NCBI RefSeq assembly: GCF_001194135.2
Contig: NC_068994.1
Location: 52,624,598 to 52,688,597, forward strand
From: Octopus bimaculoides
Lineage: Eukaryota
DNA: 64,000 nucleotides
Direction of reading: 5' to 3'
Shown: one piece after another, positions 1 to 13,974 of the stretch
Layout of the letters: every line of letters begins with the position of its first letter
Position numbering within the stretch: the stretch's first letter is position 1
The notes under the pieces: generated by a model
What the model saw: only the letters and a program-made list of their open reading frames with translations
Database searches by the model: none
What the model was told of the DNA's origin: nothing
Translations under genes and position numbers: made by a program

Positions 1-316
1 AAAAGAAATATAACAAGTAACTGTAGAATATGTGGAGATCGACAAGAAACAATAAATCATATTATCTCTGGCTGCCCAGTCCTGGCTAAGAAGGAATATA
101 TTCACAGACACGACAGAGCTGGGACCTATATACACTGGAAGCTATGCCAACATTATGGAATAGCAACAGAAAAAAGATGGTATAAACACACGCCAGAAAA
201 GGTCACAGAAAACGAGAAAGCAACCATACTCAGGGATATGCCAATACACACAGATAGAGAAATTAAGGCAAATAGACCAGATATAGTTGTCAAAGATCAT
301 GAAGGAAAAAAATGCC

Positions 317-318
<2 letters not shown>
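1..318 (+). mobile_element. RLE-type non-LTR retrotransposon (R4/Dong-like), C-terminal ORF fragment
   Basis: Frame 1 is stop-free: KRNITSNCRICGDRQETINHIISGCPVLAKKEYIHRHDRAGTYIHWKLCQHYG...MPIHTDREIKANRPDIVVKDHEGKKCL. It contains the CCHC zinc knuckle (C-x2-C-x7-H-x4-C), RHD and the RPDIV motif of the restriction-like endonuclease. It runs off the window start and is cut by (ATT)n at 319. Confidence 0.85.
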
Positions 319-377
<59 letters not shown>

Positions 378-445
378 CATTATTACTATTATTATTGTTG
401 TTGTTGTTGTAATTATTATCATTATTATTACTATTATTATTATTA
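319..445. repeat. (ATT)n microsatellite with GTT/ATC interruptions
   Basis: Read directly from the sequence. Confidence 0.95.
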
Positions 446-2115
446 GAACTGAACATCGAATTAGCCGCATGATATCGTATCATTATGAACCCTAATAACG
501 TAACATTCTATCAAGCGCAGAGAACTATAAAGCTCTGGATAACCTTCTATGTTCAAATCCGATTTAATAAATGTAACTTCAAAGATTTTCTCTTAAAGAA
601 TAACCTATCATGTTTAAATTAGGTGAGCCTTTGATATACGCATTAAATTTAGGGCACCGTGTCTTGTAATAAAACATACAGCATGCCATCCTTAAGCATT
701 TACGATACAAATAACCCAATCTAGTGATCAAAGAGAAGAATTTTAAATCAATCAAACGTGACATAATTTCAAAGATATCTCTCTGTGATTCTGCTCCTGT
801 GTGTGATTAGAATGTGGTCCTTTCAATGAGTAATTCTTTGTAATTGAAATTCCAAAAGTGGTGCGCATTACAATGCATGAATATCACGGTTGGCGTCACG
901 AACGACAATAATAGTATTTCCAACCAAGACAAGGAGAATAACATCACCTATGTATGACAAAAAATACGCTTTGTGTATTTTACACTACAACGAAATAAAA
1001 CAAGGAAAGCAATGCAAGGGATTAAAGTGAATAGAAAATAACAGTTTGAAATAATTGTTATGAGCATGCATATCAAATTTAAATATCTTCAAGGAACAGA
1101 ACTCTGTATGATATGCATTGCGTAATATGCAACAGATCATGCTAGTAGTAAGTCCATCAACATCCATAACACAACAAATGCGTCTAATAAAGTAAAATCA
1201 AAACAAACAATTCGTGACAAAATATCGAGCAGAAAACAGACACACACAATTGCTAACTTCAATAAATGTCACGAAAAGCTATTAAAACATAAATTAATAG
1301 CTCTTGGACGACAAATGTATTCGTGAGTTGTATGCCTCATCAAAGAGAGATTTTTCGTGCATTGATGCATTGATAAGGTCAATACGACAGAAACAACAAT
1401 TATAAGCATATGCTACAGCAAAATTAATAACGTTTGTTGCATAGAAAAGAGACAATCAGTGCTAGAATTTTCTAAAGAGAATATAAATGTATCAAGTGAT
1501 GCAGAAAGAAAGGAAATGACGCTTATCTGAGGTTAAGGAATCATTGTCATACAGATATAAACGCATAAACACAAGCATATGGGCTACCGCGTCGAGTGCG
1601 TACGATTACAAAAACGCACATGCGCGCACGCACACACGCACACACATAGCGACAAAAAAAATTTGATCTACAGCCATGCCAGTGCAGTTAAGAGGTTCGC
1701 TTCAAAAATAAAATGCGTTGGTTCGTTCCGGGAACAGTCTAACTACTCCAAATTTCCATTTTCTCCTACAGTCCGGAGGTGACCTGCTTCCCGTGATTGG
1801 AATTTGGTGCGTGTTTACTGTAGATAAAACAAAGATATACCTGCCTTTCCACCTATGTACTTATACACACGCAAACGTCCATACACACAATATACGTGTT
1901 TTTGCGTAAATGCACACATATATGTATTTACACACATACATTTATATGCATATGTGTGCATGCGTGCTTATTAATGTTATGTGCCTCTGTTCATATATTT
2001 GTTATATATATTTATATATATGTTTATATATTTGGAGATCTTCAGTAACTTTGAGTCTTAACGTAGTAATTTACAACATTACATTCCAATAAAGTAACGG
2101 ACAGAAATGCACACA

Positions 2116-2117
<2 letters not shown>

Positions 2118-2181
<64 letters not shown>
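2118..2181. repeat. (CA)n microsatellite
   Basis: Read directly from the sequence. Confidence 0.95.
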
Positions 2182-2185
<4 letters not shown>

Positions 2186-2196
2186 TATGCAAATGT

Positions 2197-2602
2197 TGGT
2201 TGCAGTTCTGTGAGATAATACGTGACCAAAAACATAACACACGAGAACTTCTTGATAAGACCTTTTGGACACATGAGGCTACAACCAAATTGTCGGGCCA
2301 TGTGAAAAGGCATAACTATGAGTATTGGGCAATCCTCATCTGACAATCACTTCTAAACTGAAGGCTTTCTGTGATGAAACTCTGAAGTAATTAACTATAA
2401 AAGCTGCGAGACGTAGTAGATCCACAACTCCGAGTCAACTTCACCGAACTGTGCTTCCGACAAGCTCTGGCACCTCCTTTATTATGCTTTGGCAGCGAGG
2501 GACTACCTTAACAAAGCCTTACCACAGCATTGGGTCGAACGGAATGTCAGTACGGAGTTACCACTACGTTCACCGGACTAAACACCAGTGGACATCTTTT
2601 TT
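2197..2602 (+). mobile_element. Degenerate Tc1/mariner-superfamily transposase, catalytic domain relic
   Basis: Across frameshifts: WLQFCE..LLDKTFWTHEATTKLSGHVKRHNYEYW (cf. WSDEA.FKLSGHVNRHNC.YW), LRDVVDPQLR..ELCFRQALAPP/YALAARDYLNKALPQHWVER (cf. FQQDGAPPHYA..VRDYLN..FP.RWIGR), and LPLRSPD*TPVDIFF (cf. WPPRSPDLTPLDFF). Confidence 0.85.
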
Positions 2603-2856
2603 ATGTATGTGTGTGTGTGTGTGTGTGTAACTCGTGGTAGGTAATATGAGAAAGAGAAAGCTTTAGACAGATGAGGAATTGAAACATTTAATCTCGGAAG
2701 CATTTTATCGGAATTTGTGTCATACTATGTGTCACTGTGTCCCAGACAAGTTTGAAGAGTGTTGCATAAACGAATGAACCTGTTCGAGCATTTACGAGAT
2801 TAAACAAACTAAAATATAGGTAAACTTTCGAGTGTAAACCGATTTTCGTGCTGCAA

Positions 2857-2894
<38 letters not shown>

Positions 2895-3531
2895 GTTGGA
2901 ACTGTTTATTATCTTCTTTTTTTTTTGCAAATGTATCATAAAATTCTTTAGCATGTAAACTCACATATCAATGCACAAAGATAATCTATATTTGTCTGAA
3001 TATTTACATCATCATGCTACATAATTTTAGAATGTAAAATTATGTGGCATGATGTCATTTACTTCAATAGATAGATTTAATGGCATGTTTGCCAATGACT
3101 GGTCTTTCGAACTTTTTTTGCCGTCACGAAGAAATGGTTATTTCGTAAGACAAGCTATACATGTGCGCATTTGTTTTATCGCATAAATAATTCTTAAAGG
3201 ACAAACTTTTTACATAATGCTTGCTATAAAATTTTCATAGAAAAGTACATTAACATCAGACGTTTAATAGATAGTAGATACAAACACATCACACACACTG
3301 GTACGGAAAAACAAACACACACACACACGCACACACACACATACAAATGCGCAGTCATACACTAACACAAGCGTAGATACCCAACACATGCAAAACACAA
3401 ATAGTGTCAGACATATGCACTAATGTTCACTCGGAAACGCATCTTTATCTGAGTAAATATGTGTATACATATATGCATGTTCATATATATATATATATAT
3501 ATGTGCGTGTGTATGTACGTGTGTGTGTGTT

Positions 3532-3537
<6 letters not shown>

Positions 3538-3600
<63 letters not shown>
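3538..3600. repeat. (TA)n microsatellite
   Basis: Read directly from the sequence. Confidence 0.95.
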
Positions 3601-3613
<13 letters not shown>

Positions 3614-3723
3614 CGTATATATATAAACTGACAGGGAGCGGAGCAGGTTTGTCTCGCCTGTCTATAGCATTCAGGTGATTGAACGCTTGGCGTAATGAGG
3701 GAGTCCCCCCACCCCCACCACTC

Positions 3724-3832
3724 CCAAGGCTTTGGTCGACCCGAGGCTATAGTGAAGACACTTACTTAAGGTGCCACGCAGTGTGACTGAACCCGGAACC
3801 ATATGGCTGTGAACCAAGCTTCATACCTCACA
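3724..3832 (-). mobile_element. SINE family A, tRNA-like head fragment
   Basis: Reverse complement matches the 5' part of the copies at 31512 and 54127 (ggttccgggttcagtc...ggcacctt...gtgtcttc.ctatagcctcgggtcgaccaaagcctt). Confidence 0.8.
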
Positions 3833-4286
3833 GTTTATATATATATATAGGTTGTTATTTTTCACTTTAATCGAAAATCCTTTTGTAAACGGTAGCTTTT
3901 AAAGCACAACTATATTCCGTTTTCATCAACGATATGATATCATGTCTACTTGTTTCAGAATGATGACTGTTTTTTAATATGTTTTGCAAAAATTTAAAGA
4001 AACATATCTACTTTATGACACGTTTGACGATTGTTTGTATTTGTATCTTTAAGTAGTTTAAAAGAAGCAGTCAGATAGGAAGACAACATTCGCAGTTTAC
4101 ACGATTTTTTTTATTCGTCTAATCTAACTCTTATTCAACATAGACTTACATAATATTACTTCCGATAAGATTTTGCTAGCTATTTACATAGACATTGAAT
4201 AGGTATAATGCATTGCGGAAATGAACATACAACCAGCCTACACAAACATCGTAGAAAAATGTGCAAACACACACGCACCCACCCCA

Positions 4287-4322
<36 letters not shown>

Positions 4323-4681
4323 TGTATGTATATATGTATGTATATACAACAACACAAAGTCAGGAATGGAACAAGTGTGTGTAACAGATGGTGTCAATGT
4401 ACTTGTTTTATTGGATATTGTCCGACTTTTGTCACCTGAACTAGCTACATGAATGTTCGAAGCCTACTAAGTTACTAACTTTCTAAACTTACCTATTACT
4501 GTGAATACATCAGGGCGATGTATTCAATTTTTTTGCTATGGTCACGCATGGAAATGACCACATTCTACAAAATTCATCTCAAGAACAGCTATAAACAATT
4601 GAAGTGACCAATAACGTTATATCATAGTGTTATGTCGTGAGTTGTGCAACGGAGTGTACGAATAGTATTACCTAAATAAAT

Positions 4682-5050
4682 AGTGGAGGCGCAATGGCCC
4701 AGTGGTTAAGACATCGGACTCGCGGTCGTGGGATCACGGTTTCGATTCCCAGACCGGGCTTTGTGAGTGTTTATTGAGCGAAAACACCTAAGGCTTCATG
4801 AGGCTCTGGCAGGGGATGAAGGCGAACCCTACTGCACTCTTCCACCACAGCTTTCTCTCACTTTTACTTCCTGTTTTTGTTGTACTTGTATTTCAAAGGA
4901 CCAGCCTTATCACACACTGTGTGACGCTGAATCTTCCCGAGAACTACGCGTGTGTGGAGTGCTCAGCCACTTGCACGTTAATTTCACGAGCTGGCTGTTC
5001 CGTTGATCGGATCAATTGGAAGCCTCGTCGTCGTAACCAACTGCGTGCCA
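4682..5050 (+). mobile_element. tRNA(Arg)-derived SINE (family C; resembles octopus OR-type SINEs), near full length
   Basis: Head has an A-box (tggcccagtgg), a ctcgcgg anticodon-loop-like segment and a B-box (ggtttcgattcc), followed by about 300 bp of non-tRNA body. A second partial copy lies at 56063-56297 (-). Confidence 0.85.
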
Positions 5051-5345
5051 CCCAAATAAATACTTGGTTATCTAAAATGACCTTTCGCAGAATTGATATG
5101 TTCACACAGAACGCACACCGTACTACACCAAACGTAGTTACGATATTAAACTAACGCAGTAACCAATACGGATGATCAACGCCGTTGACTCTACCGCTGT
5201 CAACTACTGACTGTTGACCCAGTTCTTTATGTCATTGAAACGCATTAGTGCCTTTTCAGTCAGGTGGAGGTGTTACCAGATTCAGAGCAGCGTGACATGA
5301 ACCCCTAAATAAGTATATATGTATGTATGCATGCATGCATGTACG

Positions 5346-5470
5346 TACGAAGGGTGCATTAGAAGTTTTAAGCCTTCAAGGTCTTTGAGCTTTGAAGTCT
5401 TGTGCCTTCATCAGAAGTCTTGTACCATGTTTTTTTTTTGAGGTTCAAGACTTTTCATACACCCCTCGTA
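5346..5470. mobile_element. Mariner-type mini-MITE (125 bp)
   Basis: Imperfect TIRs, tacgaagggtgcattagaagttt and agacttttcatacacccctcgta, with TA at both ends. Confidence 0.7.
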
Positions 5471-6273
5471 TTTATATGTGTGTATAGGTATGAATCTATA
5501 TCTTACCAGTTCTTCGGTCAAGAGCTGCCTCAAGTTGTCGCCTAACTCGGTTGGAAAACTGATTGGTAAAATCAGCACAAATGTATAATACTATATGGCA
5601 AATGTATAAAATCAGCACAAATCTATAATACTATATGGCAGTGTGTGTGGACATTCATACATATGTACTTTTCACTGAAGGATGCAACCGTCGGTGGTTT
5701 ACTGCAAATATATGTTATAAACTGGTTTACAGCATTTATTTTCAACGAAGCTAGTTTTCAAATAGCTTTTCCACTCTCGGTTTCAAAAATCGCATATTCA
5801 AACAAAAGATTTCAAAACACAACTGCTCAAGCATCCCTCATATTCACATAAATACAGAAAATATAGTAAAACGTCACATACCTGAGAGGAAATTGTCCAA
5901 AAGTAATTATGTTCTATGTAAAAGAAATTAAAAAAATAGACACTGCCATTTTGAAAGATGAGTATATTAACTGAGAAATGCAACAAATAAATCATGAGAA
6001 AGAAAATTTTCAAGTGTTATAAAATCAGTAAAACAATTGGTTTTCTTGCGATGTAGTTCAATATTGTCGGTTTGCAGTAGTAAAACGTTTGTTGACACGG
6101 TGTACCAGACAGTAATATTATGACATAAGAGAAACGTTTTATTTTGTATATTTTCATTTGTTTTGCTGAAATTTTCTTGAGAACACACGCTTCGTGGCAA
6201 GGCAATTTGACGTCTATTTTTAGCATATTAGGAATCCACTCTGGTGGTCATTCCTCTTATATATGTATGCACG

Positions 6274-6306
<33 letters not shown>

Positions 6307-6818
6307 NNNNNNNNNNTATATCGAAATGCTGGAATATTTGCCAACAAATGACGGCACGAAATATTCTGAGTGGTGTAATTTAGACTAGCGACTGATGAAT
6401 AAACTTGTGAATGTACAGCTCAGATAATTACTTGACAAACTCGACTCTAGTCATATTATACAAGAGGTGAGCCAATATATTGTCAAAATTTGTGGACAAT
6501 TTGTCAGTTTCACTAATTGCTAATTTGTGATTATGGGATATTGTTAAGGCGTAAAAAGCACGTCAAAGTTGTGAACCTGACTTTTGTTTTAAGTAACATC
6601 ATTCTAAGATTAATTGCTCTGATACTCGAATGATCGAATAAGTAAACTACATGGCATTAACTTCCAGAACTACACTACTGTTTGTGATAATGTGTTGGAC
6701 TTTACAAGTAATCGAACAGAGAGTGTGAAAGACAGAGCAGAATATTTGATGCGCTATAAAAGAATGACTCTCTCTAGATTTGTAAATATGTGAAATGCCA
6801 AGTTGGAAATATTCCAGA

Positions 6819-6865
<47 letters not shown>

Positions 6866-6913
6866 TTGATGACAATGATTTCGAAATTTCTGCCTGGTAA
6901 AAAATTGCCGGAT

Positions 6914-6950
<37 letters not shown>

Positions 6951-6964
6951 ACACACACACAATC

Positions 6965-6995
<31 letters not shown>

Positions 6996-9900
6996 CGCGT
7001 AAATACAAAAATACATATTTATATATACATAATACAAACATTTACACATACATATATATGAACACACACATATACGTGCTGAAGAATGACAGACCACCAA
7101 CCTTGGATTATTTGATAAGGAGGTGATGTCTTCCTGGGTCTATAAACATCAGTAGCACTGTATAGGTCTAGCTTATTTTCATACACGTTTAGCTTTTTTC
7201 CGAACAACAACTTTTTAATAACATCTCAGATAATGGATTAAAAACCGACGGTTATGTAACAAATCGAGCAGTAATTTTCATCGAGACACGTACTCAACGA
7301 CCGCTTTAGTTATTGCATAGTGATTTAATATTGCTACTTTCAAAATGTTAGATAATTCCAGGAATTTTAATAACGAAATAAACATTCAAATGAATAAATA
7401 CGGTAGCAAAACGTTTATATACTATTGAAGTATTTCTGAAAGGTGTGATTCCACCTTTGGTCACCTAAGGTAATTGGAAATCGCTGATACTGAGGTCAAT
7501 AGGGCTTCAATTTGACATGACTGCAGAAATTTTGGCTGTAATTAAGATTTTATCGAAAATTACGTTCAGTGACGTTAGTGTTCAAAGTCATTGCGGCATA
7601 TGAAAGTGAATGGTTTATAACGAAATATATTATCACTTACGTAGTATCTTAGAGCGCACTTCGAGTATAAAACTTGCCAAATTAGTAAGGAAATCTATCT
7701 TGCCGGAGGAAAACTTACAAAGTCAATTAACGTTGGTTTGAAATGTGTTTATCAAAGCTAACTATCGAAATATGAATAATAACTAGTCAATAGTGAATCA
7801 TAAATGCATAAACCCGATGAATTTTTATGTGTTGATGTTAACATATTTCTCTAAGTGATTCATAATTAGATAGCGAAATGTATCCTTTGTTATTAACCGC
7901 AGCAGTGTATATCTATCGTAGAAAATAATAGACATGGCAATTTGATTATATAGTTTGCTTTATAGCTATATCAATATGGGCCTTTATTCTCTGAGATGGA
8001 TTTTTGTATTTGCTGATGACAACTAACGAACAAGTTAGAGTGTAATTTTCTATTGCAATCATTTATTATCATTTATTATTAATATATTTAAGAAGCGTCG
8101 TATTTAGTTGATTTTATCTGAAACAATACATTGTATGCGAAAGAAATACCGAGGAAAATAAATCTCACAATCATCCACTATGAAAATATGTCCTTCTTTT
8201 CCAATGGTTTCTATGAGATTGCTTCACCTACTAAAAGAGTTACCTAAATGGTTCTTCAGTCTTAAACAAAACTATATAATATATTCCTCGATACATCTAG
8301 GGTAGACACTTCTGTCACGTCTGAAGTGGCTGATCATAGGTTTGCTCATTCAAGCTTGACCTGTGGCTAAATAACGGCTTCAAGAGAAATATTCAAACAT
8401 TAAAACATAAAAGAAAAAAAAAAGGTTTGTATATATTGATTAGTGTATTTGAGTCAGTAACATTTGCAGTTCTTCCAGTCAATCCGCTACACTAATTTTA
8501 TGTAAAGCTATATAACACACGGCAATTAAACGTCTCAGCGCTTAAGCTGTGTATCTTGCGATTCTCCTTCCATCTTTGAGAGGAAATCACAAACTTTCAA
8601 GAAAATATGAACACTTCTTCATTCCATCATATATTCATCTATTTGTTTACATATTTATTTTAAAATTTTATAATATTTAACCACTTTTTGTTGGCAGCAT
8701 AATGCAAGACTAGATACTGTTTACTAATAAAGTGTTTCAAATAAAATTGAGAACTATTTCCCTTAGGCGGTATCTTTCATTTTCAATATCTTTTACTGCC
8801 TGAAAGGCCACATATTCGACACCAACAAAATTATTGCAGACAGATACAGAAACATAGAAATAGAGAAGCAGAAAGATTTAGAGTTTTATCAAAATACTTC
8901 AATCGTTATATTTATTTCTACTACCTAACAATTTAACATTGCGCAAACGCGCACATGACAGACCATCTACGCAGTAACTCGGCGTGTTAGATGTATCAGG
9001 AATATTCTCTCATAAAATCTCGCTACTGTGTTTTTTTCTTTTCAATGCTGGACAATGTAAACTTGTAAAGAAGTAGAAAGCTTATACAACTGAAAACAGG
9101 TGCTATATTTGGGCTAAACAATCACAACATACATGATATTATCACTCGCTTGTTTCCCCATTAGGTCAATATTTAGAATATTTATTACTACATTGCTGTC
9201 AAAGCATACATATACCTTCCATTATAAGAATTTTAATCAAAAGTATCTCGAAAAGTGCTATTGTTGTTGTTTATTTTCCTCATAGAGGTGACTACACGTT
9301 TGCTATTCGATTATTTTAACATTTAGGTTAGAATTATATCTGGGGATCCAAATGGCTAATTTGCAAGATATTTACGTAGAGTAATCTGCTTGTCATGACA
9401 CCAAATTGGCATTTGTGTTCTGTGACCAGTTTTCATACTTTGTATCTTAACCGACGGGTGATTAAATGTCTAAACACGTACGTATTTATATATTGTAAGC
9501 ATAAAGTCTAAATGTACACTCCAACCTTTCATGGTTGTCAGAACTGATCATATAAAGCTGCTGCTCAATGCCAGAGTTCTGAAGGAGATATTAAACTCCA
9601 TATATTACATGCAATTAAATTAGCCTCAGATTATGAATGTTTATATATTTGCATGTGTGTATATATCTGCGCGTGTGTATGTATATATATATTTATATAT
9701 ACATGAGATGTGACATAATGATGCTATGGATTGGAGTAACGCTACCGGACTGACAGATTCATAAATCCGTGACAAGCAGATGTCTAGGACAACAGGACAT
9801 TTTATTCGATTCTCAAGCTGGCTGTGTTTCAGAGATAAAGCTAAGCTGGACAGATATCAATAGTTGTAACAGGATATGAAGCCCACCATCTCCCAGATAT

Positions 9901-12900
9901 CATAAGATTTATAACACACTCAACGCCAATTCTGACAGCAGTGAGACAGACAGTTAGAGAGGATTAAGTATTAGATAGAATATTGACACTATCTTGCATG
10001 TGAAGATGAGAATTCGTGTTCTTCGTGGCTTCTTATATAATTGATGTAACTCATATCAGACTACAGTTTGACAGGAGCAAAAAGGATCGTTAATAAAGTA
10101 AAGGTCATCACATACCGCAACGGGAGATTATACTACTGTATCGATCTGATAACTAACTGAAGGCTGTCTGTTGAATTAAATTTGATTTTTCATTTCTTTC
10201 TTCCAGTTGTTCATCATGTAATTTGACATTTAATAGTATAGAAAATTTCTGATGTTAAGATATTAAAAGAAAATTGTATTGATTTATTTCAAATAAATTT
10301 TAATGCCAGTCATTGGCTACCACAACAGAGAAATTCTAATTCCTGATTTCTGGTCGATTAGTGCTGCAGCCTTCAGGCCAGTTTCAAATACTAGGTTCAA
10401 GCCGAATAATCTTATTTATTTGTGTTGCTGTTGTCTAGAAACATCTTTAGATGCGACATAGTCTAGTGAGCAGAGCATTATCGTAGTCGCACCACCGGAA
10501 TAGAATACCTCACATATGAGGTACTATTGTATTAGGAATGTGCAAACATACATAATATAACCTGTCTCATTAAAAGGCAGAGCCATCACTGCTGGGACCC
10601 GCTGGTTCATAAGTCTACTCATTTGGGCTGGACTTATTATGAACCATGATACCACATTTAATTGCCTCTCAATTTCGTTGAAAAGAGTTTTCCGCATACT
10701 TCTGTTTCTTTCGTCTCTTAAATGTCATATCACAGGTTACGTAATGTGCACCAAAGCCACAATATGTACTGCAACAATGTTGAGTAATTCGTTGGTTTGT
10801 AAATATGCAATCGGTTTATCTCACGATATAAATCATATGCATTTAAACTTCGCTCTGTGTAACCTGACAGAATTTATATATTACGAAATTATATGTGATG
10901 ATGCGCTAAAAGCACAGACAAATGACTTCGAAATAGTTTGCCTTAATCTGTTAAGTGCAATTTGTAAGTACATTCTTCATAGAATAGAAAGAAGTGAAAA
11001 TGATATTTTATTGTTCGTGTCTTACAAAAAGATTTGTAAAATGAACGCAGTCATGTAATCAGGTCTGACTAGATTGCGGTTTCACGACACTGACTGCATA
11101 TCTATTATTATACATCACAAGTCCAAAAGACATAATTTTCATTTCTGCATCAGGTGATTAATTTCACGCTAAAAACATGGTGATGGATACGTGTAGATCG
11201 ATTAGATTGAATATGACAAGTATTATAATTTCCTAAAGATAAAAATAATATGGCATTACGATCTTCTCGAAAACAACAGGCAATTTCATGTTACATTGTA
11301 AACAATATTTTATTGCCTCAAGAATATAGACTATTACACATTTCGTTTACTATGGATTCGTCATTAAAATGGGAGTGGCTAGAAAGCTATACTTCAGGGG
11401 TGCTATGACGAATTATGTGAAAGGGTTCTGTTATTTTTGACGGAATAATACTAGTTATTGGCCAGCTGATATCAATAGTTCTTTTAGCACATAAATATCC
11501 AAATATTCCATATATATTCACAAACGTTAGTAATAAAATATCTATCGTTTATTTCAGCTTGAAGGTTTATTTTAATGAAGATTTCGGGAGATTATTTTAC
11601 ACCACATGCAGACGTTATGAATGATAAAACTATAAAATGATCCCGAACTTTGTAATTCTTAGGCCTTTCTTAAGTCCTACAAGACCAAAGGATCAAATTC
11701 ATACGTTTAGTTACTGACTCATTTACCATAGTTTCAGCCTGTGAAAGAAAGACTCTCACCATCGCTGATCAGTATAATCTCAAATATACATTCACATATA
11801 ACACACATACATATATATTACAAATATTCATGCATACATTTACACACACGCCCACACATACACACATATATACACGCATACATATACATATACATAAGTA
11901 TATATACATATACATATTTATATATATATATATATATATATATANNNNNNNNNNNNNNNNNNNNNNNNNNNNNNNNNNNNNNNNNNNNNNNTATGTATGT
12001 ATGTATGTATGTATGTATGTATATACATATCATATCACATTCGTATTTGGTTAATTTCTTTTCTAAACATTTATTATTAATTAACGATTTATACTCTCCT
12101 TTAATACCACATCTATAAAATATATTTAAAAACGAATACTCTCAATGCAACAGTAATTAATTGCTGGGAAAAAGATACTTCGAAAATATGTTGCAATAAT
12201 TCAGTAATAAGTTTTAAAACTAACTGAACCCAAAATTATCATTTTCTTTGTTCCAAGTGCCATAAAGCATGAAGTAAGAGAACGAAACGCAGATACGATT
12301 TCAATCAGGTTGGATTAATTTTGTTTAAATTAAGCTGAAATACATTTGACCAACGTATGAACGTCAAAATTTCCCATTATCTCTTCTTCATGAATAGAAA
12401 ATCCCATTATACCTAATTAAAAGAAACCAACATTTAATAGCTGTTGTCAGTTTGTCTGTTTGTACGCCATTTTGAATTTGTACAACGATATCACAGAGAT
12501 TTAATCACATTTACTGAAGCCAAAAAGATTATTTTTGTCTCTGCATACGCTCACATTCATACATAAACACAAATCACACATAAATACGACTCACAGATAG
12601 TGCAATAGATGTAGCGTAGAAAATTAGAATGTGGAATAAAAATAAATGGTAAAGACAACCAGCGCTTTTAATTTTTTATTTGGTTCTTTCCTAGCAGGAT
12701 TCAGGAAATCTAATTTAATTTTTTTTTTTACCTAAATGCATTGGCGCCAATTTGCTAAAAAGACATTTCAGATATATGCGGTGATAAATTTCGGCTGGAC
12801 GTGGATCAATCCTTAACAAGACATACATTTTTAATCATTCAAAATCTTTAAATCATATTATAAATACCAATTCTTTTTCATCAAACGTAAACATAATTAT

Positions 12901-13241
12901 GCATTTGTTTATTACAGTAATTATACGGCGATGATTTTTTTATCGTTCTTGTTTGCATTATATTTGTCGTTGTTGTTGAAAAATTAGTAAGATTTCTAGA
13001 TATTTGTAGATTTAAGCGAAACGCTAGTTAAAGATAATTCAATACAATTTACGTGCTCATTTTCCTTTTCTGAATATAAATAAAGCAGACGTTTGCATTA
13101 TTTTCCTATAATCTTTCCTCGATAGTTATCTATGTACGTTTTGAATGTATAATACATAAATACAAGTATACATACATACATGCTAGATGTGTCGAAACAA
13201 TTGTCATGACTGATAAATTCTCGTATATCCCATCTTCCGTC

Positions 13242-13284
<43 letters not shown>

Positions 13285-13285
<1 letters not shown>

Positions 13286-13416
13286 GATTGGCTTCTTTCA
13301 GTTTCTGTCTGCCAAATCCACTCACAAGGTAGAAAACACTTGCCATGCAGCGGAGCGGAAGCCGGAAGCATGTGGTTGGGAAACAAGCTTTTTGCCACAC
13401 AGCCAAGCCTGCGCCC
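13285..13416 (-). mobile_element. SINE family A head, internally deleted
   Basis: ggcttctttcagtttctgtctgccaaatccactcacaagg...ccacacagccaagcctgcgcc is the reverse complement of the family A 5' half. Confidence 0.8.
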
Positions 13417-13974
13417 ACAAGGAATTTTGTAAGGAAGTATATATATTGAGATGTGTTCCTTTTGTTAGTTAGTCACAGGATGTGTCAGTGATGTTAAAAT
13501 GTTTGCGATTTTATTGGATTTAATCCTCTGCTTTGATAATATAAAGATCAAAGTTACGGACTCATGTGTACAAAATCTACGTAATTGGAATTTTTCAACT
13601 TCTTGGCAATGGAATTTTTCATGAGTCCACAAAAGAGCGGACGTAGACGGGATGTTTAATCTGGTCAGTTTCTTTACTTGTTGTTGTTGTGGTTAAGGTT
13701 ATTTCGTCTTTTTATTTAGAAGGTAGGGGTTATTAGCCAGGCATGTCATGATGTTAATAAAAAAAGTTAGTTCTCTTATGCTCCGGTGTTCGCAAAATAA
13801 TTTGGGTTGGTGAAAAAGTTGTTCATGTGTATGTTTCCTTCTGTGTGTTCATTGTTTTATAAGCAATTTTATTAATATATACAGATTTTAATCCTTGTGT
13901 TTCATGAAGGCAGATTTTGTGGTGCGTTTTCTTATAAACATTGCTTCACATTTGTTTCACGAGTGATTATTTTA

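Noticed and set aside
4502-4526. 10-bp perfect hairpin
   Set aside because: It is isolated, with no context suggesting function; hairpins of this size are expected occasionally by chance.
4682-4760. tRNA-Arg gene
   Set aside because: It has A/B boxes but no proper acceptor stem and continues into a repeated body, so it is a SINE head.
13800-13830. Mariner-like TIR (ttgggttggtgaaaaagtt)
   Set aside because: No partner TIR was found, and the downstream coding relic fits a Penelope RT rather than a transposase.
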